A stretch of 64,000 nt of DNA from Cetorhinus maximus (taxonomy: Eukaryota). Positions 37,533 to 48,805 of the stretch are shown here, in pieces; position 1 is the stretch's first letter, and each line of letters starts with the position of its first letter. Under the pieces are notes generated by a model, which was given only the letters and a program-made list of their open reading frames with translations, was not told the origin of the DNA and did not search any database. A program made the translations under genes and the position numbers. The DNA is taken from assembly GCF_964194155.1 (NCBI RefSeq), contig NC_135885.1:60884001-60948000 (forward strand), read 5' to 3'.

Positions 37533-38228
37533 TCATATTTGTAACAGGGTTCTATCAGCGGAGTCCAGGATCAGAAAATGGCTTAGACCACAAGGAAGGA
37601 TTTATTTTAACAAAAAAAGGACAAATCGCCTTTTATCAGGGACTTGCGCTCTATGGCTCAGGTTGGGAGTGAAATTGATGGGAGAGATTAGTAGTGAGGT
37701 GGGGGCAGAAGCTTAGTAACCTTCATTTACCAGGGATAGGTGCACGCTCAAGTATCTGGCAGCAATGGAGTGTTGGGCATTGGAAATTAATTCAATGACC
37801 TTGCATCAACAGTTAATTTCCCTCTTACTGATTCTGCAAAGCCCTTTGGAGTCAATGTTGGAGGGCAACTCAAGGTGCCATCTCACTATAACCTCAGTAA
37901 AATGGAATTGAACTTTCAGGCCGCACAGTTCTAGTAACATCTGCAGCAGATATTTGGAGTGTTAAGATATACAAGGACTACAGTTTATTTGAGAGAAATT
38001 GGAGCTAACATCAACTGGCACTAATAATTGTCAAGATTTTGATATAATTATATTTGCTGTATTTCCCATAGCAATATAATTAAATAATATTGTTAGCTTT
38101 CAGGATCGCTGTGCAGGTAAACAGATTGGAACTCAACACTGGGACAAGTAATCTGTGATAGAATGTACTGATTCATGTCTAGTCCACAGGCTCTTTATCT
38201 ACCCTTGTTTTTAAATATTACAATCATT

Positions 38229-38342
38229 ACTACTGTTGCGGATTGGCTGCTGGTTATAGAAACTGCCCAATTTATTAATTAATTTCGATGGGAATTAAAA
38301 TAGAGCAGTTTCTGGAATGGGTGGCTGATCTGCAACAATAGT
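38229..38342. repeat. Imperfect palindrome (old MITE-like hairpin) downstream of the GPR45 stop
   Basis: actactgttgcggattggc ... agaaactgcccaattt pairs with aaatagagcagtttct ... gctgatctgcaacaatagt. Confidence 0.7.
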
Positions 38343-38546
38343 TTTATACCAAGACAGCATGTTTGATGCTATTTAAATTGGAGCAATACATTAGAATATT
38401 GTGAAAACACAGTCCATTTCACAAAAGAGGAAGAGGTTATAAATCACAGGTGACAACATTTGGGGCGTTAAGTATGTTATTTCCACTGTTACATACTCTC
38501 CTTGTACAATTGCATGGGACAATTTTGAATGAAACATGAAGTCTTA

Positions 38547-38552
38547 TTTATT
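38547..38552 (-). promoter_or_regulatory. Candidate polyadenylation signal AATAAA for GPR45
   Basis: First AATAAA I found downstream of the stop codon. Alternatives lie at 38271-38276 and 37984-37989. Confidence 0.3.
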
Positions 38553-38817
38553 TCAGTTTTAATGAGGATTTTTAAAAGTGCAAAGAGTGCTTTCAATGCT
38601 GCTCCATTATCGTACATAAACCATGGTAATACAAGAATCATTTTCCCATTAACACATCCATTCTAGGCAGTAACAAACAAGTCTGCAATATTAACAAATT
38701 ATGTTTTGGCAGCAATCAATATCCATAAAAGAAGGCCAGTTTCATATAATGAATGGCACATCACAGCAAAATATTCTAATGGCAGTTTGAAAAGACATTT
38801 TGAACAGAAGTTTTAAT

Positions 38818-39927
38818 TTATACAGCTGACTGTTGCTCACTACAAACATAAATTGTGCTGGGTCGGATTCTCCGTCTCGTCCTGCCAGGCAGCTTTGGTA
38901 GAATTTTTAATGTTTTTGGCATGAATTCCATACAGGACTCACGAAATTTCTTAATACGCCAGCAGTAGATGATGGGATTGAAAACTGATTTCAGGTAAGT
39001 GAGCCACAAAACCCAGATGCTAACAGTATAGAAGGACTGACTGTGATAAAAGTTCTTGCTGAAAACGGAGAGTAGACTATACACTGTGTATGGCAACCAG
39101 CAAATGGAAAAGCCAATGAAGAGGATTAAAATAGTTGTGAAGGCTCGGGTTTTAAAACTCATATCAACATTTATTTGATGAGGGCGATGCAAGCCCACTT
39201 GGCTCAAGCAAAGGCTGTCTGCATGGTTGTGGATCCGCACAGCATTCCTTCGCACTGTGTTCAGAATGCAGAGGTAAGAGTATAGCATCACACCAAAAGG
39301 AACAAAAAAAATAGTCACCAGCAAGAGCACTGCATAAATGCGGTTAGCTTCAGTCTCTGTGTACCCCAGAACGCACTGGGGTGCCCGTGTAGGCACGTCC
39401 ACCACAGTCCAGCCAATCACTGATGGAAATGAAATACACAAGGAAACAGCCCATGAAATGATAATCATTATTTTGGCACGATGAGGATTCAGTTTGTCTT
39501 GCCGCTGCACAATGATTAAATAGCGATCAACACTGATTATCAGAAGTATTGCCACACCTTCCAGGACAAAGAACCAGTAAAGCATAGCAGATATCCGGCA
39601 AAAATAACTTCCAAAGATCCACTCAACTGTTATGATGGTGACCGTGGTAAAAGGCATGCATATCAAAGACAGCATGATGTCAGAAAATGCAAGGGTTGCT
39701 AAGAGCAGGTTGATTGCTGAGCGCATTGCAGGCTTCTGATACACAATTAAACACACAATTGCATTACCAAGGAAACCAACTGCAATCATTGACATCATAA
39801 CTATTGCTAGTAATATCCTTACAATGATAGGAAGATTTGTCTTGCCTGAATTCACAGTTGGACTTGTTGCATTCAAAACCTCAGGGACACAGCTCTGTAA
39901 AAGAGTGTTATTACACTCCATCGTCAT
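38818..39927 (-). CDS. GPR45: Orphan class A GPCR GPR45 (single coding exon)
   Basis: Intact 369-aa ORF with seven hydrophobic segments and class A motifs: GN (TM1), LAFSD (TM2), DRY, CWLP, NPIIY. Segments PAMRSAINLLLATLAFSDIMLSL, YWFFVLEGVAILLIISVDR and C-terminal IRPSTIYVCSEQQSAV match my recollection of GPR45 better than its paralog GPR63. The second ATG (39921, ACGATGG) has the better Kozak context. Confidence 0.93.
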   Translation of the reverse strand: MTMECNNTLLQSCVPEVLNATSPTVNSGKTNLPIIVRILLAIVMMSMIAVGFLGNAIVCLIVYQKPAMRSAINLLLATLAFSDIMLSLICMPFTTVTIITVEWIFGSYFCRISAMLYWFFVLEGVAILLIISVDRYLIIVQRQDKLNPHRAKIMIIISWAVSLCISFPSVIGWTVVDVPTRAPQCVLGYTETEANRIYAVLLLVTIFFVPFGVMLYSYLCILNTVRRNAVRIHNHADSLCLSQVGLHRPHQINVDMSFKTRAFTTILILFIGFSICWLPYTVYSLLSVFSKNFYHSQSFYTVSIWVLWLTYLKSVFNPIIYCWRIKKFRESCMEFMPKTLKILPKLPGRTRRRIRPSTIYVCSEQQSAV

Positions 39928-40146
39928 GTGGAATGTGCCACTAATTCACTTCTTCATGAAAAATGAGCTATATTACATTTCACATCTCTGCAGGGATTGT
40001 TTGAAGATAGACCAGATTCTTAGCTAATAAAAATCCTTTGCAATTGGATATAGTGCAGTGCAGGGACATCTTGATATGAATTGTCTTCATTACTATTTCC
40101 AGCATATTGTTAGCCGCATCACAATTTCCAAAGAGCACTTCATCGC

Positions 40147-40180
40147 CTAGGAGGAATTAACAAAAGAAAATAATTATTCA
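40147..40180 (-). promoter_or_regulatory. Probable splice acceptor of the GPR45 coding exon (exon starts at 40146)
   Basis: Minus strand reads ttattttcttttgttaattcctcctAG|GCGATG: a pyrimidine tract plus YAG about 220 nt upstream of the ATG. Confidence 0.6.
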
Positions 40181-40228
40181 AATAGGTTCCCTATCACCAG
40201 CTTAAGCTCATAATCTTCCAAATTTTTT

Positions 40229-40949
40229 GGCCTGAGTTTTCATCCCAACGAAGAGGCAGGTTTGAATATGGGAGTGCTGGCACTTTCTCGCTGCTAGTTG
40301 GCATGCCGATCTGCTGGCATGATCCCATGTTCCCACCAAAGGCCTATTTCCATAGAGGGCGCTGTTGGGGGAGCTGGCGACCATATACTGGCCAATGGTG
40401 GGAGGCCAATTAAGGGCACTCCACATGCCATCTGAATTTTCCAGACAGGTACAGTCCCCCTCCCATCAGTCCCCGAATGTGGCTGGATCCCAGAGATGGA
40501 ATGGTAGCATTCTTCCAATGGCAGACCAGAGGCTGCCAGAGCTGCATTCTGCACAGCATGGAACAGCAGGTCTGTGATCGCCACAGTTGTGGCTGCAGGG
40601 CATTCTGTGGAGAGGAACCCACTGCTGCCCCTCCCCCACTCCCTCTGCAATGATGGTCTGAGAGCTGTGGTTACAGCACATTTTGTACCATCCATGTCTT
40701 CAGAGGGGGCACCTTCATGCTCCCCCACCCACAGTGGCACCTCCCACTTCTCCCAGTGGGGCTGCCAGCCACCCAGACCCTCGGGCATTCCCTTTGGCCC
40801 TCCCAGCTGCAGAGCCTTCCCATCATCTTTAATTGGACAGGGCTCCTGGAAGCTGCCTCTTAATTGGCTGCCTCCTGAAACATCGCCTCCAGGATCCCAC
40901 CATGCCCACTTCCTGATCCAGAATTCAGCCTGGAAATAAAATTCAGCCC
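40229..40949. mobile_element. Harbinger-type MITE
   Basis: TIRs ggcctgagtttt / aaaattcagccc; internal ggccaattaagg motifs shared with 45498-46161. Confidence 0.75.
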
Positions 40950-41254
40950 TTCCACACCCAAGCTTTCCTCATTTTCCCAACCTCTTACATAACTAGACTG
41001 CAATTTCTGGAGCAAATGCTTTGTAAACCTAAACCTGTATCTCTGTTCTCTGCTAATGCATGGGAAGCATAGTTCAGGCCACATAACCTAAAACTGTCGT
41101 AAATCGCTCACTGAAGAATTTATGGGATGTTGACCATGTTTTCATATTATCTTCAAAGGCAGCAAATACCATACCACTACGGGCTAACAACACTCATCTA
41201 ATATAGCTTACAGATCAAAATGTACAGAAGTAGCAAGATTGACGATATACTAGC

Positions 41255-41392
41255 AGTTCAATTATGAAAGGTCATTAACCTGAAATGTTAATTCGATGTC
41301 TCTCTCCAGCGATGCTGCCTGACCTGCTGAGTATTGCCAGCATTTTCTGTTTTCATTTGAAATTTCCAACATCTGCAGTATTTTACTTTGGT
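41255..41392 (+). repeat. Degraded Penelope terminal-repeat/hammerhead fragment
   Basis: tgaaaggtcattaacctgaaatgttaa ... gatgctgcctgacctgctgagt ... tttccaacatctgcagt. Confidence 0.75.
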
Positions 41393-41399
41393 AAGAAAG

Positions 41400-41725
41400 C
41401 TTTAGGACAATGACCCAATGACAATGAAGGAAGGGCGATATAAGTTCATGTCAGGATGGTATGTGACTCAGAGAGGATGCGGCTTCCACAATATTGCTAT
41501 ACTTGACCTTTTTGAAGGCAAAGAGATTGCAGAGGAAGGAGGTGCTGTCAGTACTCTTGGCGAGTTGGTGCAGTGTAGCCCATAGATCAAACATAGTGCA
41601 GCAACAGGAGTTCCAGTGCTGGAGGAGGTAGTGACAGGAGCGACAATCAAGCAAACTATTCTGTCTTGGATGATCTTGGCCTGTTGTACGAGCTTCAACC
41701 ATCTTTTGATGCGTATTCCATCACA
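41400..41725 (-). repeat. Older family-2 LINE 3' fragment
   Basis: KIIQDRIVCLIVAP ... LHCTNSPRVL resembles TIQDKAA ... MHCSNLPRLL of the adjacent copy. Confidence 0.6.
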
Positions 41726-41729
41726 CAAG

Positions 41730-43720
41730 CTGGCTGAGTCCTAAAGGACATAGCTGCAATACTGGGTCTGGAAAAAAGCTACTTGACCTCGTCCTTACCA
41801 ATCTACCTATCGTGGATGCATCTGCCCATGACAGTATTTGTAGGAGTGATCACTGCACATCCTCGTGGAGATAAAGTCCTGTCTTCATATTGAAAACATC
41901 CAATCATTCATCCTCTAGCATGTTGTTGGCACCACCACCATGCTAATTGGGAAAGATTTCAAACAAATCTAGCAACTCAAACCTGGACATCACTGAAGTG
42001 ATTTGGGCCATTAACAGGAGCATAATTGTATACAACCACAACTTGTAACCTCATGGCCCAACATATCCCCCACTCTACCATTACCATCAAGCAAGGGGAT
42101 CAACCCTGGTTCAATGAAGAGTGCACAAGGGCATGCCCAGGAGCTCTATCATGTAACAGCTGAAGGCACTGGATACTGCAAAGGCTATGGGGCCTGACAA
42201 TATTCCAACACTAGTACTGAAGGTTCGTGCTCCAGAACTAGCTGCGCTCCTGGCCAAGCTGTTCCAGTACAGTTACAACACTGGCAGCTACCTGACAATG
42301 TGGAAACTTGCTCAGGTATGTCCTGTCCACAAAAAGCAGGACAAATCCAACCCGGCCAGTTACTGCCCCATCAGTCTACTCTTGGTCATCCGCAAAATAG
42401 TGGAAGGTGTCATTGACAGTGCTATCAATAATAAGCAATAACCTGCTCACTGCCACTCAGTTTGGGATCCGCCAGTTGCACTCAGCTCTTGAGTTCATTA
42501 CAACCTTGGTCCAAACATGGACAAAAGAGCTGAACTCAAGGGGTGAGGTGATGGTGACTGCACTTGGCATCAAGGCAGCATTTGACCGAGTGTGGCATCA
42601 AGGAGCCCTAATAAAAATTGAGTCAATGGGAATCAGGGGGAAAACTCTCCACTGGTTGGAGTCATACCTAGCACAAAGGAAGATGATTGTGGTTGTTGGA
42701 GGTCAATCACCTCAGCCCCAGTACATCACTGCAGGAGTTCTTCAGGGTAGTGTCCTTGGTCCAACCATCTTCAGCTGCTTCATCAATGGCCTTCCTTCCA
42801 TTATTAGGTCAGAAGTGCAGACGTTCATTGATGATTGCACAATGTTCAACACTACTTGTGACTCCTCAGATACTAAAGCAGATTGTGCCCATCTGAGCAA
42901 GATCTGGACAACATTCATGCTTAGGCTGATAAGTGACAAGTAACATTTGCACCACACAAGTGCCAGGCAATTAACATCTCCAACAGGAGAGAATCCAACC
43001 ATTTTCTCTTGACATCCAATGGCATTGCCATCACTGAATCCTCCACTGTCAACATCCTGGGGGTTACCATTGACCAGAAACTGAATTAGAGCAGCCATAT
43101 AAATACTGAAGCAGGTCAGAGGCTGGGAATTCTGCAGAGAGTAACTCACGTCCTTACTCCCCGAAGCCTGTCCACCACCTACAAGGCACAAGTCAGGAGT
43201 GTGATGGAATACTCTCCACTTGCCTGGATGAGTGCAGCTCCAACAACACTCAAGAATCTCATCACCATCCAGGACAAAGCAGCCCACTTGAGTGGCACCT
43301 CAAACACCACCTTCAACATCAGCTCCCTCCACCACCAACACACAGTAGCAGCAGTGTGTGCCGTCTATAAAATGCACTGCAGCAACCTACCAAGACTCCT
43401 TCAGCAGCACCTTCCAAACCCACAACTTCTACCACCAAGAAGGACAGGAACAATAGATACATGGGAACATCACTACCTGCAAGTTCCCCTCCAAGCCACA
43501 CGCCATCCTGACTTGGAACTGTATCGCTGTTCCTTTAATGTCGCTGGGTCAAAATTTTGGAACTCCCTTCCTAACAGCACTGTATGTGTGCCTACACCAC
43601 ATGAACTTCAACGGTTCAAGAAGGTGGCTCACCATCACCTTCTCAAAGGCAATAGGGATGGGCAATAAATGCTGGCCTAGTCAGCGATACCCACATCCAA
43701 TGAAAGAATTTAAAAAAAAA
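41730..43720 (+). mobile_element. CR1/Jockey-group LINE (family 2), ORF2 pseudogene
   Basis: GPDNIP, PVHKKQDKSNPASYCPISLL, AAFDRVWH, QGSVLGP, FIDD, MEYSPLAW; A-rich tail. Confidence 0.92.
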
Positions 43721-44349
43721 CACTCCTGACTTAAGCCTTCTGGATACTGAATAGGCTTTGAAGGTCAGAAAATGAGCCACTTGTCACAATCTACTTAACA
43801 TCCGCCGTGCTCTTGAAGAAGAGGAGTTATACTTCTACTGTAGAATTAGTCTCTTTTGAAGATTGTCTTTGGTAAACCGCATGTGAACTGATCCCCATCG
43901 CAGCAAACAATAAATGGCTTTTGAATCATGTCTCAGTGGTTTAAACACCATTCCAGCTCAACTAGGTTACAACACAATAATGAAGTAATTTATATTTTAT
44001 ACAACTGTAAGCACAAGAATTCCCATAAAATGATCTTATAATGGGGTTGTGCTTTGGATAGCTCTACAGTGATATGCAACATCGAAATAATGTTTGAAAA
44101 ATATCTGATGCATATTTACGGTCTACAGATCAATTTGTCACACACGAGAAGAAATTTCACACTGACATCTGAGAGATGAAACTGTTGGTGCATTTCTTAA
44201 TTTGGATTTATCCTAACTATATAAATTACAGAATTTTCTACTTCAATCATAGGAGATGATATTCCTTGATCATTCCAGTGGGCCTCTCTGTAATCTCTCA
44301 ACACCTCTCTTGCTGTTTAAGATATAATACAATAAAAACTATAGTCATT

Positions 44350-45068
44350 ATTAATCTCTCCCCTTCTTAAACAGTCCCTCGGGATTGAGGATGACTTGCT
44401 TCCAGCCCATTTCGATGGGTTCTGAGATGGCTGATAAATCCAATGTGCTTCTGCATACTCTACCACATGTGGGGCAAGTGGTGCTTGAAGGGTGGGTAGG
44501 TGGGTTGTTTGGATGCTTGTGTGCTCCCGCTGATGCCTTGACTTTACCTCTGCACATTCCCAATGAAGTCTCTCAATATGTTCGGTACCTTTCCAAATGA
44601 GCCTTCCCCATTTTGGTTGGTCACAAGTCAGGGTCTGCCATGAGTAAGCGGGTATGTTTGACCACTTCCATGATGCTTTAGGGACATCCCTAAAGTGTTT
44701 ACATTCTCCTCCTGGGCATCTTCTGCCACAACCGATTTTAGAATGGAGCAATTACTTCAGGAATCTGGTATCAGGCATACAAATGACATGTTCCATCCAG
44801 CGTAGCTGTTTTTGAGTGATAAGCGCCTCAATACTGGGCAAGTTGGCTTGGGAGAGGCGACTGCTGTTGGATTGCTGTTCTTGCCACCAGATCTGGAAGA
44901 TCTTGCGAAGGCCCTGCTGGTAGTACTTCTCCAGTGCTTTAAGGTGCATGTTGTAAATTGTCCAAGTCTCCGAAGCATACAGAAGCACGAGGATCACAGC
45001 TCACCCGTAAACCATGACCTTAGTCTTGTGTTTGATATCCTGGGATCTCAAATATTCTTTTCCTCAGT
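44350..45068 (-). mobile_element. RTE (BovB-like) LINE 3' fragment
   Basis: LLYASETWT, LRKIFQIWWQ, QLRWMEHV, and terminal CPTCGRVCRS zinc finger. Confidence 0.9.
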
Positions 45069-45497
45069 ACTGTGAATAAAATAGTTATTGCACTCATCTA
45101 TATCACGCAAATAACCATGCACCTTAAAGCAATTACTAAGATGCAAAGTGCTTTGTATGGTTCTGAGAGTTGATAAGATGTTAAATGATGCAAATAATTC
45201 TTTTTATCAGGTTTAATTTTACATGGTTACCAAATGTTTATCAATGGGACCGATGGTGATATCTTAGGGTTCTGCTAATGGCCTCAGCGTCTTTTATGTC
45301 TTGGGTAAATTAGTTCGTTGGTCAACCGAACTGTAACTGCACGCCTTCCCATGTTCTTACCAATTGCTGCTTACAATCAATAATGTGGAGAGACTGATGC
45401 AAGAATAAACAGTGATGGTTTATTGAGGCAGATGGTTCATAGGGCAGAGCACCAGGCCATACATGCTCACTCAGAAACCCCCAGAACTAGACTTATA

Positions 45498-46161
45498 GGG
45501 CAGAATTTTGCCCTTGTTGGGCATGCGGGCCCCACCAGCTCAGCGACGGGCGGACAGCCGACCCCTGCCACCGAAACGGGGCCTGCCGCCATTTTGAGTG
45601 GGCGGGCCAATTAAGGCCCGCCCAGAGGCCTTCCGGTGCGGGGGGAGGGAATCCCCAGCTGTCAAAGTGCGCGAAAGAGTGCAATGCTCCCTAAGACAAA
45701 GTGCTGTCTCAGGGAGATTACTGACAGTCCAAAAAACTTTACAAATAGAACAATTTAAAAATTATTAACATGTCCTCCTCATGTGACAATGTCATACAAG
45801 ATGGGACATGTTAATAAATATCACATAAAATGTATTAAAGTTTTTAAAAACGGACATGAAACCTCATCTCGCCAGTGGATGAGGTTTCATGCATTATTAG
45901 AAGCCCGCTGGGGCTTCTGGCCTGCCCGCCAGCCTTAAGGTTGGACGGGCAGGTCTTTAATTATCATAATTACTCTGTCAATGGCCTCAATTGGCCATTG
46001 ACAGGTCGGCGGGCGGACAGCTAATTTCGCTGTCCGCCCGCTTTCCTAAAAATTTAAAGGGACCGGGATGATGTCGGGGGTTCCTCCCGACGTCGTCCTG
46101 TGTCATTTTCCCATCAGCGAGCAGGCCCCGCACCCAAATCGCTGACGGGAAAATTCAGGCC
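45498..46161. mobile_element. Harbinger-type MITE
   Basis: TIRs gggcagaatttt / aaaattcaggcc; 3-bp TSD ata on both sides. Confidence 0.88.
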
Positions 46162-48319
46162 ATAGTTCCCAGTTGCCCGTGCTATACAGTGATTTGTCAG
46201 TGCTATCAAATGACCAGTACACTTGCATTTTCTTAAAGTGACAGGGTACCTCACTTTACCATAACATCCTAGACTAGAAATGGTTAAAGTAGCTGGAAAC
46301 TGTACGTCTCAAGATATTATATTAGGGTGATAACTGACAGTAAACGTTCCATGACTGAACAATCTGCTGGAACTCCATTAGAGTCATGCATAAAGAATGG
46401 TCACTCGGACAGGAGAATGACATATCTACCTTCTCTCCATCCTCATGGACTCTGTGGCTTTTACAAGGTGCATGGGGAGGTAGTTTTAGAGCACTTCAGA
46501 TCCTGGAACATGCAGGAACCCTCTGCTCTTATTAACTGCTCCATATTAACTGGCAGGAAAAATGTTCCTTTAAACAGAAACTATACCTGCTGTAGCACAC
46601 TTGCATAATACAGATTTTGCACTTTTATCTTTGCTTTTGCTAAAATGTAGATTTAATAAGTTTGTAAAACTGGCTGATATTGGTAAAATGAGTAAAGATT
46701 GTTAAGGACAGAAACATTTGTTACTTTTCAAGCTTTGTTCTAAATTCTAGTCTTTTATTCACAGCAAAAGGGCATCTTTCATAAGTAGATTAAGCTTCCT
46801 AATAACCAACACATGCACCCATAAATCCATCAGACTTCTCCGGAGCACAGGAGGTACCCATCACAATCTCCTAAATCCACAATCTCCTAAATCCTTAACT
46901 CTGTGGATTGGTCATTTGTATCATCCAGAAACAACAGTTGGAAGTTTATTTCATCCAAGATTCCTGATCCTTATCAAGCCGTGTAAGGAATACATTCTGA
47001 AAAGGATATTTTAATCCTTAGTTCATTGCTAGCGTCCTTATAAATTAGTTTGAGCCTGGTTGCAATAGTCTAATGTGGTGTTTGCTCTCTTTCCAGAGTT
47101 AAGGTTCTTAGACAGAAGTTGTGATATTGTGAGGAAGCTTTCAGCACGTAGCCCAGATAAAAGGCCCTCTGGAACACAGCTATCAATCACCTATGGTCAA
47201 GCACACAATGGAGCTTATTTCGCATGCTGGGAGGGAGATAAACTGCCTGATGGGACAATCAAGAATGTGAACCACCAGGAGGTTATCAATGTCCTAGCCA
47301 CCTTCCTCAAGAGGTTTGACAAATTAAAGGTACCTAACTGTGTTGATGCACTGAAGTTGGGCAAACACAAAGAGCATTCACCTTAAGATGAGAACTGACT
47401 CCATAACCAAGCTGCCTTTACAGTCCTTCACTTAAACCTGTGGGCTGGTGCTAGAGTTGGTGCCATAACTAGAGATTTGGTGTGATGCTCAGCCACGACT
47501 CCATTACCTCAATAACCAAAACATGCCCATCATACCTAGTAGGAATGTTTGGGGGATTGGAGATGGTTCTATATCACAGAAGACATTCATCACCCATTTT
47601 TGGACTTGGCAGGAGTTTTCCATCAGTCGAAAAATCACTTACAATAACTTCTAGTTCACAGTCTTAGATACATAGCTAGTGTGATCCAGCAGATGTGGGA
47701 AAAACAAACAATGGAGACTCCAAAAAAGATGTTGATAGGTTGAGAGACCTTAATACCTTACATGGACAGAGGGCAGAATCGTCCATGCCCGCTGGTGTCG
47801 GGTGTGCTTGGCGGCGTGAGCAGACAATATGGCGAGAAGGCCAAAAATTGGTTTCACAATTTGTGAAACCAGTTTGCAATCGCTCGCTCAGCCCATCGAT
47901 GGCGGGCTGCGTTTCCTGCCAACAGACGTTAGGAACCTCATTGTAGTACATTTGTATATCATTATAAAGCCAGCCCGCAGGAATCCTCCCCCGACACTGG
48001 ATTGTCCGTCCATGTTGGCATGATTGCACACCGGTGCAGAAAACATCTTGCCAACTGTGATGTGCAGAGGTCGTGACTTACTGCCAGGGCCTTGCACACA
48101 TTGTGGTCATCCGTGGAGCAGAAGATGCTGGAGCCTGACAGTATCGACACACTGGAGGAACGTCCATGGCATGCTGGGTGGATTCTCATGGACGCGGTGG
48201 TACTGCAAAGCAGCTCACGGAAGTTGGAAAGTCACCATTGAGGGTCTGCTCATAACAAATGATGGTCGAGGGGGTGGAGAGGAAGTTCCACCTGTGCTTG
48301 GGAGATGAAGATGTGCTGG

Positions 48320-48805
48320 TGGGTGGGGGAGGAAGGTGTCAGGATGGGGTGAGGTTGGGAGGGGGGAAACGAAGGTGTCAGGATAGGATGAGGTTGGGAA
48401 GAGGCAATGAAGGTGTCAGGATGGGGTGAAGCTGGGGGAGGTAATATGGGGGAGGAGGGGGTAATAGGGAAGTATACAGCAACTTGGGAGGTAAGTGTAA
48501 GAAGGGGTGGAAGGTGTAAGGGAAGGTATTTGGAGGGGGGAAGGAGTGCGGAGAGGGAAGGGAGTGCGGAGAGGGAAGGGTGTCCGGGGGAGGAAGGAGG
48601 GTGGAGGAAAGAGTCGGAATGGGGGGAGGACTAAGGGCAGCGGAAGAAATAAGGGTGTCAGAAGGAGTGTAAGAAGCAGGTTTGAAGTCCTGGAGGGAGG
48701 TGTGAGGATCAAGTGGGGATGAGGGTTGGGGGGAGGAGGGGGTTCCAAGGGACGAAGAGGTTCCAAATGGGGGAGGGGTCTTTGGGGGGGGGGGGGGGGG
48801 GGGGT
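48320..48805 (+). repeat. G/purine-rich low-complexity tract with short tandem repeats
   Basis: Three units of about 39 bp starting gaaggtgtcaggat, ggagtgcggagagggaag repeats, and a 21-G run at 48784-48804. Confidence 0.85.

Larger units (their letters stand above)
28082..37546 (-). mobile_element. Gmr1-like Gypsy LTR retrotransposon (SCAN-type Gag plus protease only), decayed
   Basis: 3' LTR at 28082-28585 preceded by PPT agatgggagg. 5' LTR at 31722-37546 (interrupted). PBS tggggacttatccaggat at 31701-31718 (14/18 to the tRNA-Pro PBS). Gag AYELIPERHKQEFRNLR, AAVMADDY, degenerate zinc knuckle CHKAGHVKAD; protease DTG-SAQSL across a frameshift; VGVVSRLP ... DFILGN. Confidence 0.85.

Noticed and set aside
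38818-39927. GPR63 or LPA receptor assignment
   Set aside because: Short N-terminus and the AFSDIMLSL / QSAV C-terminus fit GPR45 better.
45290-46266. Solo LTR hosting the MITE
   Set aside because: Ends in ATAACA, but I could not fix the left terminus or a TSD.
48330-48590. CRISPR-like or regularly spaced repeat array
   Set aside because: Eukaryotic context; units are degenerate adjacent minisatellites without unique spacers.
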